From a virus (Duplodnaviria > Caudoviricetes), in the IMG/VR virus record IMGVR_UViG_3300013212_000061, positions 16,025 to 80,024 of that record: 64,000 nucleotides of DNA. The stretch is one strand, 5' to 3'. The translations under genes and the position numbers were made by a program. The notes under the pieces are model-generated. The model made no database searches, had not been told where the DNA came from, and saw nothing but the letters and a program-made list of their open reading frames with translations. Positions 50,543 to 59,334 of the stretch are shown piece after piece. Position 1 is the first letter of the stretch; each line of letters opens with the position of its first letter.

Positions 50543-50872
50543 ATGACAGCACAAGTACAAATGGAAAGATTAAATGTTAATGATAATAGATTTAACTATT
50601 GGGTAGAAGCAGAAGAGTTTAACAAAATTAAGCAAGGATATCTACCTAGAAAAATCGAGGCTGGCGGCGCTGGAGCAATATTACAAGGTAAAGAACAGTA
50701 CTATAATGATGTAACTAGATTTTCTTTTACTCCTACATATGAATTAAAAGAAGAATATAGAGACACTATTTTTGAAGGGTTAACTCATGAATTTATATTA
50801 GAAAGTATTTTTAATGAGGATGGTATGAATAAGGGGTTTGGTAATTTAATTAACAACTTAAAACAAAACTAA
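50543..50872 (+). CDS. Hypothetical early protein
   Basis: Same leader as the 50324 gene. Confidence 0.6.
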   Translation: MTAQVQMERLNVNDNRFNYWVEAEEFNKIKQGYLPRKIEAGGAGAILQGKEQYYNDVTRFSFTPTYELKEEYRDTIFEGLTHEFILESIFNEDGMNKGFGNLINNLKQN

Positions 50873-51030
50873 TGAAAGTAATTTACATGAAACACACGTT
50901 AAACCTGATGGCTGCTGGAGGTTTAGAAATCTTAGCAGCGGTTAAAGAAATTGTAGCATCTGGAACAATAAAACAAACAGAAGTTGGAACTTATTTAGTA
51001 ATTGAAACAAAACCCGAAGAACAAATATAA
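50872..51030 (+). CDS. 52-aa hypothetical protein
   Basis: TAATG coupling with the upstream gene. Confidence 0.5.
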   Translation: MKVIYMKHTLNLMAAGGLEILAAVKEIVASGTIKQTEVGTYLVIETKPEEQI

Positions 51031-51035
51031 TTATT

Positions 51036-51254
51036 ATGGAAAAATTAACTACAGGAATCGGATTAATCTTTGCTGGGATAGCATTGTTAGTCGTGGCTGC
51101 AATCTTATTTGCATGGCCAGTACAATTATTATGGAATGGATGTTTAATTAGTGCAGTTGATGGAGTTCACCCAATTACATTTTGGCAAGCTCTTGGATTG
51201 AACTTCTTATTTTCAATCCTATTCAAAGGAACTTCAACTTCAAGTAAAAAATAA
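51036..51254 (+). CDS. Small membrane protein
   Basis: Two hydrophobic segments, LLWN..ITFWQALGL. Confidence 0.6.
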   Translation: MEKLTTGIGLIFAGIALLVVAAILFAWPVQLLWNGCLISAVDGVHPITFWQALGLNFLFSILFKGTSTSSKK

Positions 51255-51449
51255 ATGTTACACGACATTACTTTATATTTATTTTTTGGTACATCTTATT
51301 CGTTTGGGATGTACCAGCTTAATAAAATGTTGAATAATGCTAATCTATCAGTACGTTTAAAACCATACGGTACTATTGAACTTATATTACTGGCCATATT
51401 TTGGCCTTATTTTGTTTTGATATTTATTATTTCATTTTTTAAATCTTAA
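51255..51449 (+). CDS. Small membrane protein
   Basis: Two hydrophobic segments, FWP. Confidence 0.5.
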   Translation: MLHDITLYLFFGTSYSFGMYQLNKMLNNANLSVRLKPYGTIELILLAIFWPYFVLIFIISFFKS

Positions 51450-51450
51450 T

Positions 51451-52227
51451 ATGCCAGAATTAGCAGAACTAAAACTTACGGCAGCCTATATTAATACAGT
51501 ATCCGAGGGACTCACCTTTAACGGGATTGAAAAGAATCCGGTACACAAAGGGCTTGATGTTACTTCACCCTACCCAGAATTTAAAATCAAGGCAAAGAGT
51601 CGAGGAAAAGAATTGTTAGTCTATTTAACTGATTCAGCAAGTTTCATTTCTATTCGAATGAATATGGGAATGGCTGGACATTTTCAAATAAGTCCAACGG
51701 GTAAAGAATCAAAGCATGCACACCTTAAGTTCTATTCAACTTGTGGAAAGACCCTAAGTTTTGTAGATGTTCGAAGATTTGGAAAGTGGAAAGTAGAAAG
51801 CGACTGGTCAGCGGACAGAGGACCAGACCCCACACAGGAATTTCAAGGATTTGTTAAAAACATAATGGATAATATTGACAAAAAAGAATTTGATAAACCA
51901 GTTCACTTGGTAATGATGAACCAGAAGTATTTTAATGGAATTGGAAACTACCTCCGAGCTGAGATTTTATATAGAGTTCCAATGGCAAATCCATTCCTTC
52001 CGGCTAGAGAGATTATTCAACAATACCCTGAAGTCCTAACCTTTTGTCGAGAATTACCAATACTTGCATATGTTATGGGAGGTGGAAGCATTAAAGACTG
52101 GAAAAACCCCTTTGGTTTGGATGCCGCACCAGAACATTTCTTTGAATGTTACTCAAATCCAACTATGGCAAATATGGTTGATGCAAACGGTCGAAGATTT
52201 TGGTACGATCAGAAATGGAACAAATAA
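51451..52227 (+). CDS. nei: Fpg/Nei DNA glycosylase, NEIL1-like with zincless finger
   Basis: MPEL, RGKE, GMAG, FVDVRRFG, NGIGNYLRAEILY, DANGRRFWY; no Cys4 finger. Confidence 0.88.
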   Translation: MPELAELKLTAAYINTVSEGLTFNGIEKNPVHKGLDVTSPYPEFKIKAKSRGKELLVYLTDSASFISIRMNMGMAGHFQISPTGKESKHAHLKFYSTCGKTLSFVDVRRFGKWKVESDWSADRGPDPTQEFQGFVKNIMDNIDKKEFDKPVHLVMMNQKYFNGIGNYLRAEILYRVPMANPFLPAREIIQQYPEVLTFCRELPILAYVMGGGSIKDWKNPFGLDAAPEHFFECYSNPTMANMVDANGRRFWYDQKWNK

Positions 52228-52239
52228 AATATAATTAAA

Positions 52240-52719
52240 ATGACTGGAAAAATTGCAATTGTCGGAGCTGCGGCTACCGGTAAAGATTACTTAAGAAAAC
52301 GAATGATGGATAGGGGATTTGAATATGGAGTTTCATGTACAACCCGTCTACCTAGAGAGGGAGAGGTTCATGGAAAGGACTATTATTATATAACAGTTGA
52401 GGAATTCGACACTAAAATAGAAAGTGGAGAATTTGCAGAATGGCAAGAATTTAATGGTTGGAAATATGGTTTGACCAAAGATGAATTTGAGAGATGTGAC
52501 GTAATGATTCTAAACGCAGAGGCTGTCACCTTACTTGAACAGGATTATAGAGACCGTGTCTTTGTTATATACTTAGACATCCCAGAATCAATTCGCAGAG
52601 AGCGTCTAGGTGTTCGTGATGATAAAAATGATTCAACTGACAGAAGAATCAATGCAGATAATGAACAATTTAGAAACTTTTTTGATTTTGATTGTAAAAT
52701 AACTAACGAAAACTTTTGA
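52240..52719 (+). CDS. gmk: Guanylate kinase-like nucleotide kinase
   Basis: GAAATGKD, TTRLPREGEVHGKDYYY, YG. Confidence 0.85.
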   Translation: MTGKIAIVGAAATGKDYLRKRMMDRGFEYGVSCTTRLPREGEVHGKDYYYITVEEFDTKIESGEFAEWQEFNGWKYGLTKDEFERCDVMILNAEAVTLLEQDYRDRVFVIYLDIPESIRRERLGVRDDKNDSTDRRINADNEQFRNFFDFDCKITNENF

Positions 52720-52747
52720 TAATATATAATACCTAAAACAATTTAAA

Positions 52748-53266
52748 ATGGCGAAAGCAAAACAAAAATCTACAGCAGAATTAAAAGACCTACGCGCTCA
52801 ATTAGAAATTGAAGTTAACGAGGCACAAAAAGACCTAGCAGAAAAGAAATATTCTGTAAATCTTGAAAGTATTCAAAATATTAACTCTATCTTAAAGCAA
52901 ATCGACAAAAATTATGAGTGGAGCATCAAAAATGCTGCTTTTGTAATTAACCTTTATGATGCCCTAGCAGACCAAAAGAAACAATTCCAAATTGCAGACA
53001 AGGGAGAATCTACAGTTCAACTTAATGGAGTTCAATTAAATCAATTGTACACTATCATCACAAACATTACCGGTACTGGTATTGATGGTGCTAAAATCTT
53101 TACTAGATTACTAACAAATGTAGGAGCTCAAATTTCAGCAGCCCTAACTGAAATGGCTGAAGCTAATAAAGTAATCCAAGAAAAACATGTTGCTCTAGCA
53201 GAACTTGATGGTGCTATTGATGAAGCAGAAAAACCTGAGGTTGCAGTAGAAGAAATCACACAATAA
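52748..53266 (+). CDS. Coiled-coil hypothetical protein
   Basis: Long ORF with an A-rich leader. Confidence 0.6.
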   Translation: MAKAKQKSTAELKDLRAQLEIEVNEAQKDLAEKKYSVNLESIQNINSILKQIDKNYEWSIKNAAFVINLYDALADQKKQFQIADKGESTVQLNGVQLNQLYTIITNITGTGIDGAKIFTRLLTNVGAQISAALTEMAEANKVIQEKHVALAELDGAIDEAEKPEVAVEEITQ

Positions 53267-53268
53267 TT

Positions 53269-53805
53269 ATGAAATTAGCAAGTAAATCTAAAAAACGTTT
53301 AGATTTGCTAGAAGCTATCCAAGACGGCATTACAACTCGTGATGTTTTTGAAACAATTGGCTATAAGAATCAAAGTGAGGATAAAATAATTCAATTTATT
53401 TATCCTCACCTTCTTACTCAGTTGACAGAGTATGTCATGGAAAAGAAGGGCTTTAGCAGATCTCTTGCCAAAGAAAAGGCAAGAACAATGATTAAATGGG
53501 AGGGTAATGTAAATACTACCGTGAAACAAATTCAATTCATGGGTACTCAAAACCGTCCAGATATGACAATTCAAAGCGAAGGGGTTACTATTGCCATCGA
53601 ATTTAAGAAAGGGGACAGAGGTTCATCCCTACGAGAAGGATTTGGACAATCAATAGTATATTCAACAGCATACGATTTTGTGATGTACATGTTTATTGAT
53701 GTAAGCGAGGACGGTAGAATCGTCAATGGATCCACTGCAGTAAATGAACAAAAATTCTTACAGAACTTGTGGGATAACTTTAACGTAAAATTTGCAATAG
53801 TTTAA
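53269..53805 (+). CDS. PD-(D/E)XK nuclease-like protein
   Basis: RPDM...IAIEFKK...GQ..Y. Confidence 0.55.
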   Translation: MKLASKSKKRLDLLEAIQDGITTRDVFETIGYKNQSEDKIIQFIYPHLLTQLTEYVMEKKGFSRSLAKEKARTMIKWEGNVNTTVKQIQFMGTQNRPDMTIQSEGVTIAIEFKKGDRGSSLREGFGQSIVYSTAYDFVMYMFIDVSEDGRIVNGSTAVNEQKFLQNLWDNFNVKFAIV

Positions 53806-54323
53806 TGAAAACATTCGTAACATCAAATCAGCAATTTGGCCGACCAGGTGCCATAAAATCATATAAAAGACCCTTTGAGGACGTCCAAGAAATGAATCAA
53901 GAACTTTTTGAATCATGGAATTCAGTGGTCTCTCCGGAAGATACTGTATATGTACTTGGTAACTTTGCATGGGACCCAGAAACTGCAGAATATTTCTTAA
54001 GAAACCTGAATGGGACTATTATTAATATAGAAGGAGAATTTGATAGTGCCATTGAAGAACTTGAAGAGACCGCAACTGCCCTAGATATTGACTTTTTTAA
54101 TGGACTATTAGAGGTCTTTTCAGAAGAGAATGCAGTTCTTTCATATTGGCCGCTTCTAGAATGGCCACGCAAATCAAAAGGTGCCTATTCAATCATAGGA
54201 TTTCCGAATAAAAAATACGGTAGCAACCACAAAACCAAAACAGTTAATTGCTGTTGTGACTTTTGGGAATACAAACCCGTAGAATTATCACGTATAATTG
54301 AGCTCTTCAATGAAGTAGAATAA
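53805..54323 (+). CDS. Calcineurin-like phosphoesterase fold, apparently inactive
   Basis: Scaffold ..WNSVV.P.DTVYVLG.F kept, but metal ligands replaced (SNQQ, GNF, GEFD, IIGF). Confidence 0.7.
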   Translation: MKTFVTSNQQFGRPGAIKSYKRPFEDVQEMNQELFESWNSVVSPEDTVYVLGNFAWDPETAEYFLRNLNGTIINIEGEFDSAIEELEETATALDIDFFNGLLEVFSEENAVLSYWPLLEWPRKSKGAYSIIGFPNKKYGSNHKTKTVNCCCDFWEYKPVELSRIIELFNEVE

Positions 54324-54400
54324 TGTTAATAACTTTAACAAAATTTTAACACTTTAGTGTTTCCCCATTCAAATAATTGTATTATATTTACATATCTAAT
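54324..54400 (+). promoter_or_regulatory. Repeated early-promoter cassette driving the sigma gene
   Basis: TTAACA-N5-TTAACA, TTTC-N19-TATATTTACATATCTAAT. Confidence 0.7.
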
Positions 54401-54416
54401 AAAAACAAAAACTTAT

Positions 54417-55031
54417 ATGGCATCTAAATCTTACAGAGAATTAACAGAGAATTTTTTAGCAACCCGTTCTGAAGCGGACTTTACTGCACTTTTTTACAAA
54501 TTAAAACCAGGACTTACGACCTACATTAACAAAATAGTAAAAGATCGCGAAATGGCTGAAGATATTGCCGTAAACACTTTAACAAAATTGTGGACTAAAA
54601 TTGATCAATATGACCCACAATACCAGATCACTACATGGTTGTACCGTATAGCATTTAATGATGCATTGGGACATATCAATAATAGAAATAAACAATCCTC
54701 CTTGGATGCCCTATCTGATTACGGTGTTGAAGTAAGCGAGAATGGAGAATTTGTTAGTGGTACCCGCGGATTAAATGGTGCTATTGAAGATTATGTAATG
54801 AAAACCGAACAGGATTTCCTTGAGGAAGATGATGAACTTATGTCAAAATATGGTCGTGCACTTACTGAAATAGAAAATCTTAAAGAAATGTACAAGGAAA
54901 TAGTAATTGATCGTTTGATTAATGAAATGAAGTACGAAGAAATCGCAGAAAAACATGACCTACCCTTACAAACTATTAAAAACCGTATTCGTAGAGGTAA
55001 AGCAATCATCGAAGAAAATATGATGTCGTAA
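54417..55031 (+). CDS. ECF-type sigma-70 factor
   Basis: AEDI...W.KIDQYD..TTWLYRIA.N and HTH YEEIAE....LQTIKNRIRRG; ATG at 54417 lies after the promoter. Confidence 0.9.
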   Translation: MASKSYRELTENFLATRSEADFTALFYKLKPGLTTYINKIVKDREMAEDIAVNTLTKLWTKIDQYDPQYQITTWLYRIAFNDALGHINNRNKQSSLDALSDYGVEVSENGEFVSGTRGLNGAIEDYVMKTEQDFLEEDDELMSKYGRALTEIENLKEMYKEIVIDRLINEMKYEEIAEKHDLPLQTIKNRIRRGKAIIEENMMS

Positions 55032-55243
55032 TGGTTGTTGTTGTCTATAGAAAATCTAACAGTTCAAAAACAAAATACATGACAGTTTTTGAAAATGAAC
55101 CCAATCCGGATAAAATCATAAACCTGAACGCCAGGAAACCAATGATTCCAAATAATTATATTATTGAAGACATTGGAGTTGGCGACAGTTTTATAGAGAG
55201 CTATAAAAAACAACATAAAATTAAAAAACATGAAGTTTGTTAA
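55031..55243 (+). CDS. Hypothetical protein
   Basis: TAATG coupling. Confidence 0.55.
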   Translation: MVVVVYRKSNSSKTKYMTVFENEPNPDKIINLNARKPMIPNNYIIEDIGVGDSFIESYKKQHKIKKHEVC

Positions 55244-55245
55244 AT

Positions 55246-55321
55246 TGTTAATAACTTTTTGAAAATAATTAACCTGACATTTTACCGTGTCAGGTTTTTT
55301 GATTATATTTACATATCTAAT
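55246..55321 (+). promoter_or_regulatory. Early-promoter cassette overlapping a terminator hairpin
   Basis: AACCTGACA/TGTCAGGTT + T-run overlaps TTTA-N19-TATATTTA. Confidence 0.7.
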
Positions 55322-55338
55322 TTTAACAAAGAAACATT

Positions 55339-55647
55339 ATGAAAAATTTTAAAGTACTTTCAAACAAAGAAACAGCAAGCAGCGGAACATCTCTACAAGG
55401 TTACATTAATGCGACTTATAGTCAATTACTAGAGGCACTAGGAGAACCTACTTACAATGAACCATCAGGAGATGACAAAGTTCAAGTCGAATGGGTTGTA
55501 GAATTCAATGATAATTTTTTTACAATATATGATTGGAAAACTGGTTCAAGAGAATACACTGAAAACGAATTGACAATGTTTAATGTAGGAGGAACCATAC
55601 CTGCATATGATTTTATTAATGCACTGCAATCTCAAATTAACAAATAA
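55339..55647 (+). CDS. Hypothetical early protein
   Basis: GTSLQGYI.ATY..L...LGEP..KVQVEW..TIYDWK. Confidence 0.65.
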   Translation: MKNFKVLSNKETASSGTSLQGYINATYSQLLEALGEPTYNEPSGDDKVQVEWVVEFNDNFFTIYDWKTGSREYTENELTMFNVGGTIPAYDFINALQSQINK

Positions 55648-55648
55648 G

Positions 55649-55798
55649 ATGACAGACAAGGACACAAATATGGTAATTTTGATAATTGCATTTATGGCCT
55701 TCCTATTTGGATTCTTGGTTGCAGAGGCAATATACAATAAAAGGCCAATGACTGAAGAGGAATATTATGAACTACAAAAATCACAATGGTATGAGTAA
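55649..55798 (+). CDS. Small single-TM protein
   Basis: MTDKDTNMVILIIAFMAFLFGFLVAE. Confidence 0.5.
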   Translation: MTDKDTNMVILIIAFMAFLFGFLVAEAIYNKRPMTEEEYYELQKSQWYE

Positions 55799-56189
55799 AG
55801 AACTATTTTTATTAAGAGGACTACCAGGAGCTGGAAAATCTACGTTGGCAAAAATCCTTGTTGGTGATAGAGATTATTGCCACAAAGAGGCCGATATGTT
55901 TCATGTTAATGCAAATGGTGAATATAAATGGAAGCCTGAAAATGTAAAAGAAGCCCATGCATGGTGCCAATCAGAAGTCGAATTCCTTATGAAATACGAG
56001 CATACTGTAGTAGTATCAAACACATTCACCCAGGAATGGGAAATGCAAGCCTACTATGATTTGGCCAAAAAATACGGATACAAAGTCAATTCTATAATCG
56101 TAGAAAACCGACATGGAGGGGTAAATGAGCACAATGTTCCGGAAGAAACATTAGAAAAAATGAAACAACGTTTTGAAACTAAATTATAA
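55791..56189 (+). CDS. P-loop kinase (AAA_33 / polynucleotide kinase-like)
   Basis: RGLPGAGKST, EAD, VVSNTF, HNVP. Confidence 0.82.
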   Translation: MSKELFLLRGLPGAGKSTLAKILVGDRDYCHKEADMFHVNANGEYKWKPENVKEAHAWCQSEVEFLMKYEHTVVVSNTFTQEWEMQAYYDLAKKYGYKVNSIIVENRHGGVNEHNVPEETLEKMKQRFETKL

Positions 56190-56194
56190 AGAAA

Positions 56195-57319
56195 ATGGAA
56201 AACAATAACTCAGTTTGCTACATAGCAAAGATTAACGAAGTAAGAGCAATCGAAGGAGCAGATAACATCGAATTAGTTATCGCAGGTGGATGGAATGCCA
56301 TCACAAAGAAAGGTGAATTTAGAGAAGGTTCCCTAACAGTAATTGCAACAACAGATGCGGTAATACCTGAAGCCCTTTCTGAAAAAATGGGAGTTGCAAA
56401 CTACCTAAGAAAAGGTACAAGAGTCCGAACTGTAAAATTACGTGGAGTCTATTCAGAATGTTTAATCATTCCAGTTACATACATTAGAGCAAAATCTATC
56501 GTAGAAGGAAAAGATTTAATGGAAGAGTTAGGTATCACTAAATACGAGCCACCAGTTAAACAAATCCAATTAGCGTCTGGTAGAAAAATCAAATGGAGAG
56601 ATAACCAAAACTTCCATATCTACTACAAATTTCCAAACTTGAAAAATGTGGCTGGATTATTTACTGAAGAGGATGAGGTTCAAATCACCAGAAAAATCCA
56701 CGGTACTAATGCACGTTATGGTATTGTAAGGAAATCTAAATTGACCTTTTGGGACAGAGTAAGAAAATTCTTAAGAATTGCTGACGAATGGGTTAACTAT
56801 GAGTACATCTACGGTTCTCATAATTGTGAGAAGGGTTCAGATACTCAAGGATTCTATTCAACTGACGTTTGGAGAACTATCGCGGAGGAATATGGTATTA
56901 AAAAAAGACTTTGGAACCAGGCCAAAAAATACAGCCCTGAAGATTTGGGTTCTGGATTGGTTCTTTACGGAGAGATTTACGGAGCTGGAATTCAAAAGAA
57001 CTACGAATATGGTTTAACCGACATTAAGTTTGTTGGATTCGATATTACTGTAGATGGAAAATATCTAACACCAGAAACTACTCACTTAGTTACTTCTTGT
57101 GACTTAGAACTTACTCACGTTGAAGTACTTTACAATGGACCATGGTCTCAAGAGGTACAAGACCGTTATGTATTTAATAACTTCATTGAGGGTACTAAAG
57201 TTCCGCATGAAGGAATTGTAATCAAGCACGTCTCTGGTGAAAGAAATAAAGTTGCGAAAGTAATTAACCCAGACTACTTGATTTATGGTGAAAAGAATAA
57301 CGTAGGAGATTCTCATTAA
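56195..57319 (+). CDS. RNA ligase, DRB0094 family
   Basis: N-terminal IEGAD.IEL OB domain, KLRGVYSE, KIHGTN, YGEIYG, FDI, EGIV, K.INPDYL. Confidence 0.88.
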   Translation: MENNNSVCYIAKINEVRAIEGADNIELVIAGGWNAITKKGEFREGSLTVIATTDAVIPEALSEKMGVANYLRKGTRVRTVKLRGVYSECLIIPVTYIRAKSIVEGKDLMEELGITKYEPPVKQIQLASGRKIKWRDNQNFHIYYKFPNLKNVAGLFTEEDEVQITRKIHGTNARYGIVRKSKLTFWDRVRKFLRIADEWVNYEYIYGSHNCEKGSDTQGFYSTDVWRTIAEEYGIKKRLWNQAKKYSPEDLGSGLVLYGEIYGAGIQKNYEYGLTDIKFVGFDITVDGKYLTPETTHLVTSCDLELTHVEVLYNGPWSQEVQDRYVFNNFIEGTKVPHEGIVIKHVSGERNKVAKVINPDYLIYGEKNNVGDSH

Positions 57320-57320
57320 T

Positions 57321-57776
57321 ATGGCATTAGACTACAAAAGAGTACTCTTAGGAATGCTAGGAGAAAAGATAGTTGCAAAACACTTTAGGGATTCCGGACA
57401 TCAGGTCGAGGAATCCCTAAATGTTTTTGATTCGGATAAAGATATGATAATTGATGGGAATAATGTTGAAGTAAAAACAAATGCACCCTTAATTTATTAC
57501 GATTCGTTTTCATTTGCAAAGGGTCAATACAATAAGATTATGAATTCTCATCGAGTTTATTGGGTTTCTGTTCCATTACAAACTCAAGAGGACCAGTTCG
57601 CTGGATGTGTTTTTGAAATGGACCCTAAGGTTGCAAAACTACATACGATTAAATTTAATTCAGGAACAACTGCAATAGGACTTCGGAGACAACAGGAGGG
57701 AATGAAGGTTATCCATAAGATTGAAGACCCTGCCCTACTAAAACAACTTAAAGAATTATCGTCTTCGTATTTATAG
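57321..57776 (+). CDS. PD-(D/E)XK-like hypothetical nuclease
   Basis: LGEKIV, DM....VEVK. Confidence 0.45.
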   Translation: MALDYKRVLLGMLGEKIVAKHFRDSGHQVEESLNVFDSDKDMIIDGNNVEVKTNAPLIYYDSFSFAKGQYNKIMNSHRVYWVSVPLQTQEDQFAGCVFEMDPKVAKLHTIKFNSGTTAIGLRRQQEGMKVIHKIEDPALLKQLKELSSSYL

Positions 57777-57805
57777 ATATATAATACATAAAAATATATA
57801 TAGGT

Positions 57806-58258
57806 ATGAAACATATTAAACTATTTGAAGAATTTACCGCAAATCAAATTAAATGTGATAAATGCGGTTGGAAATGGAGACTTGAAGACGGAGGTAACGA
57901 CGTTTTTTTATGCAAATGCGGACATGATAACACTCCAGAATTTGTACAAGAGGCAGAGAAAAAAGAGATGGACAAAGGTCCACTAGATAACGCCGGAATT
58001 AATAAGGCGCTTGATAAAAAAGCAAAAGCATCTGGAGTTCCAATAGGAATTATTAGAGCAGTGATGCGAAGAGGAATGGGAGCTTGGAACAGCAGTCACA
58101 GGGCTGGAGTTCCACAAGAGGCTTGGGGATATGCCCGGGTTGGAGCTTTTTTAGAAAAAGGTGAAGGAACATGGCAAAAAGCAGATGCTGATTTGGCAAA
58201 AGAAGTTCGAGATGGAGGACATGACAAAAAACTACCATGGAAACCTAAAGAAGACTAA
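57806..58258 (+). CDS. Tagged protein with Zn ribbon and DUF5824-like domain
   Basis: MKHIKLFEEF; CDKC..CKC; RRGMGAW..SHR.G...AWGYARV.AF. Confidence 0.65.
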   Translation: MKHIKLFEEFTANQIKCDKCGWKWRLEDGGNDVFLCKCGHDNTPEFVQEAEKKEMDKGPLDNAGINKALDKKAKASGVPIGIIRAVMRRGMGAWNSSHRAGVPQEAWGYARVGAFLEKGEGTWQKADADLAKEVRDGGHDKKLPWKPKED

Positions 58259-58381
58259 AGCAATATAGAGACTTACTTAATGTTTCATAAGATTTGTCGT
58301 TACTTCTTTAAAATAAAGGTAAGTCTCTTATTTTTATTTAGATATATAATATAACGACAAATCTAAATAAATTTTAATCTT

Positions 58382-58909
58382 ATGAAACACAAGCACCACA
58401 TCATACCAAAGCATATGGGAGGTACTAATGACCCTGAAAATATTATTGAATTAACTATTGAAGAGCACGCCAAAGCGCATCAATTACTATGGGAAGAACA
58501 TGGTAAGAGAGAAGATTGGCTAGCATATCACGGATTATCTAAGTTAATTGGTAAAGAAGAACTTTTAAAAGAAGTACTTTCAATGGCCGGAAAAAAAGGA
58601 GGAAGCAATGGTAAAGGAGTTACTGGCAATAGAAAAAACGGAGCAATCGCAAATTGGGAAAAAAATAAAGATTTAATTCTTAAAACACTTTATGAAAATG
58701 GTAAAATGTATGGACATTTAGGTGGAGCGCCTAAAGACAAATGGATATGGATAAATAATAATAAAGAAGCTAAAAAAGTGTTAAAATCTGATGCAATACC
58801 ATTTGGCTGGAAAAGAGGAAGACTACCATTATCCAATGAAACCAAAGAAAAATTAAAAGAAAGTTGTAAAGGTATTAATACAGGTACTAAAAGAACTAAT
58901 AAAGATTAA
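58382..58909 (+). CDS. HNH homing endonuclease (Mob-like)
   Basis: HKHHIIPKHMGG..D..N.I.LT.EEH..AH.LL; C-terminal WINN..GWKRGR. Confidence 0.85.
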   Translation: MKHKHHIIPKHMGGTNDPENIIELTIEEHAKAHQLLWEEHGKREDWLAYHGLSKLIGKEELLKEVLSMAGKKGGSNGKGVTGNRKNGAIANWEKNKDLILKTLYENGKMYGHLGGAPKDKWIWINNNKEAKKVLKSDAIPFGWKRGRLPLSNETKEKLKESCKGINTGTKRTNKD

Positions 58910-58910
58910 C

Positions 58911-59294
58911 ATGAAACATATAAAACTTTTTGAGGAATTCTTGAACGAAGCTGAAGAGACCTATAATGACTATCCAGCAGCCGCAAAGGAGAATGCAAAG
59001 AAGGCACTGGATTGGAGAGACCAATACGGTCGAGATATTGTAACTGCAGGTACTCCAGTTGGATGGCAGCGGGCTAATCAATTGGCAAAAGGTGAAAAAC
59101 TTTCTGCTGATGTTGTTTCCCGAATGGCACAATTTAATCGACACCGAAAAAACTCAAAGATATCTCCAGAACACAAATCAGAACCATGGAAAGACAATGG
59201 ATATTTAAGTTTTTTGTTATGGGGCGGTAAAGAAGGCGTTGATTGGGCTATAGAAAAAATGAAGGAAATACGAAAAAAAGAAGGTGATAGATAG
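58911..59294 (+). CDS. Tagged hypothetical protein
   Basis: MKHIKLFEEFLNE; YNDYP, GTPVGWQRANQLA, LLWGG. Confidence 0.65.
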   Translation: MKHIKLFEEFLNEAEETYNDYPAAAKENAKKALDWRDQYGRDIVTAGTPVGWQRANQLAKGEKLSADVVSRMAQFNRHRKNSKISPEHKSEPWKDNGYLSFLLWGGKEGVDWAIEKMKEIRKKEGDR

Positions 59295-59334
59295 ATTTTG
59301 AATATATTACTTGGATTCTTTAGATATATACTAT

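Noticed and set aside
54357-54416. GTG start extension of the sigma factor
   Set aside because: It overlaps the promoter cassette; ATG at 54417 is the likely start
58895-58909. Host C-terminus duplication at the HNH insertion (KD* versus ED*)
   Set aside because: A two-codon similarity is too short to support
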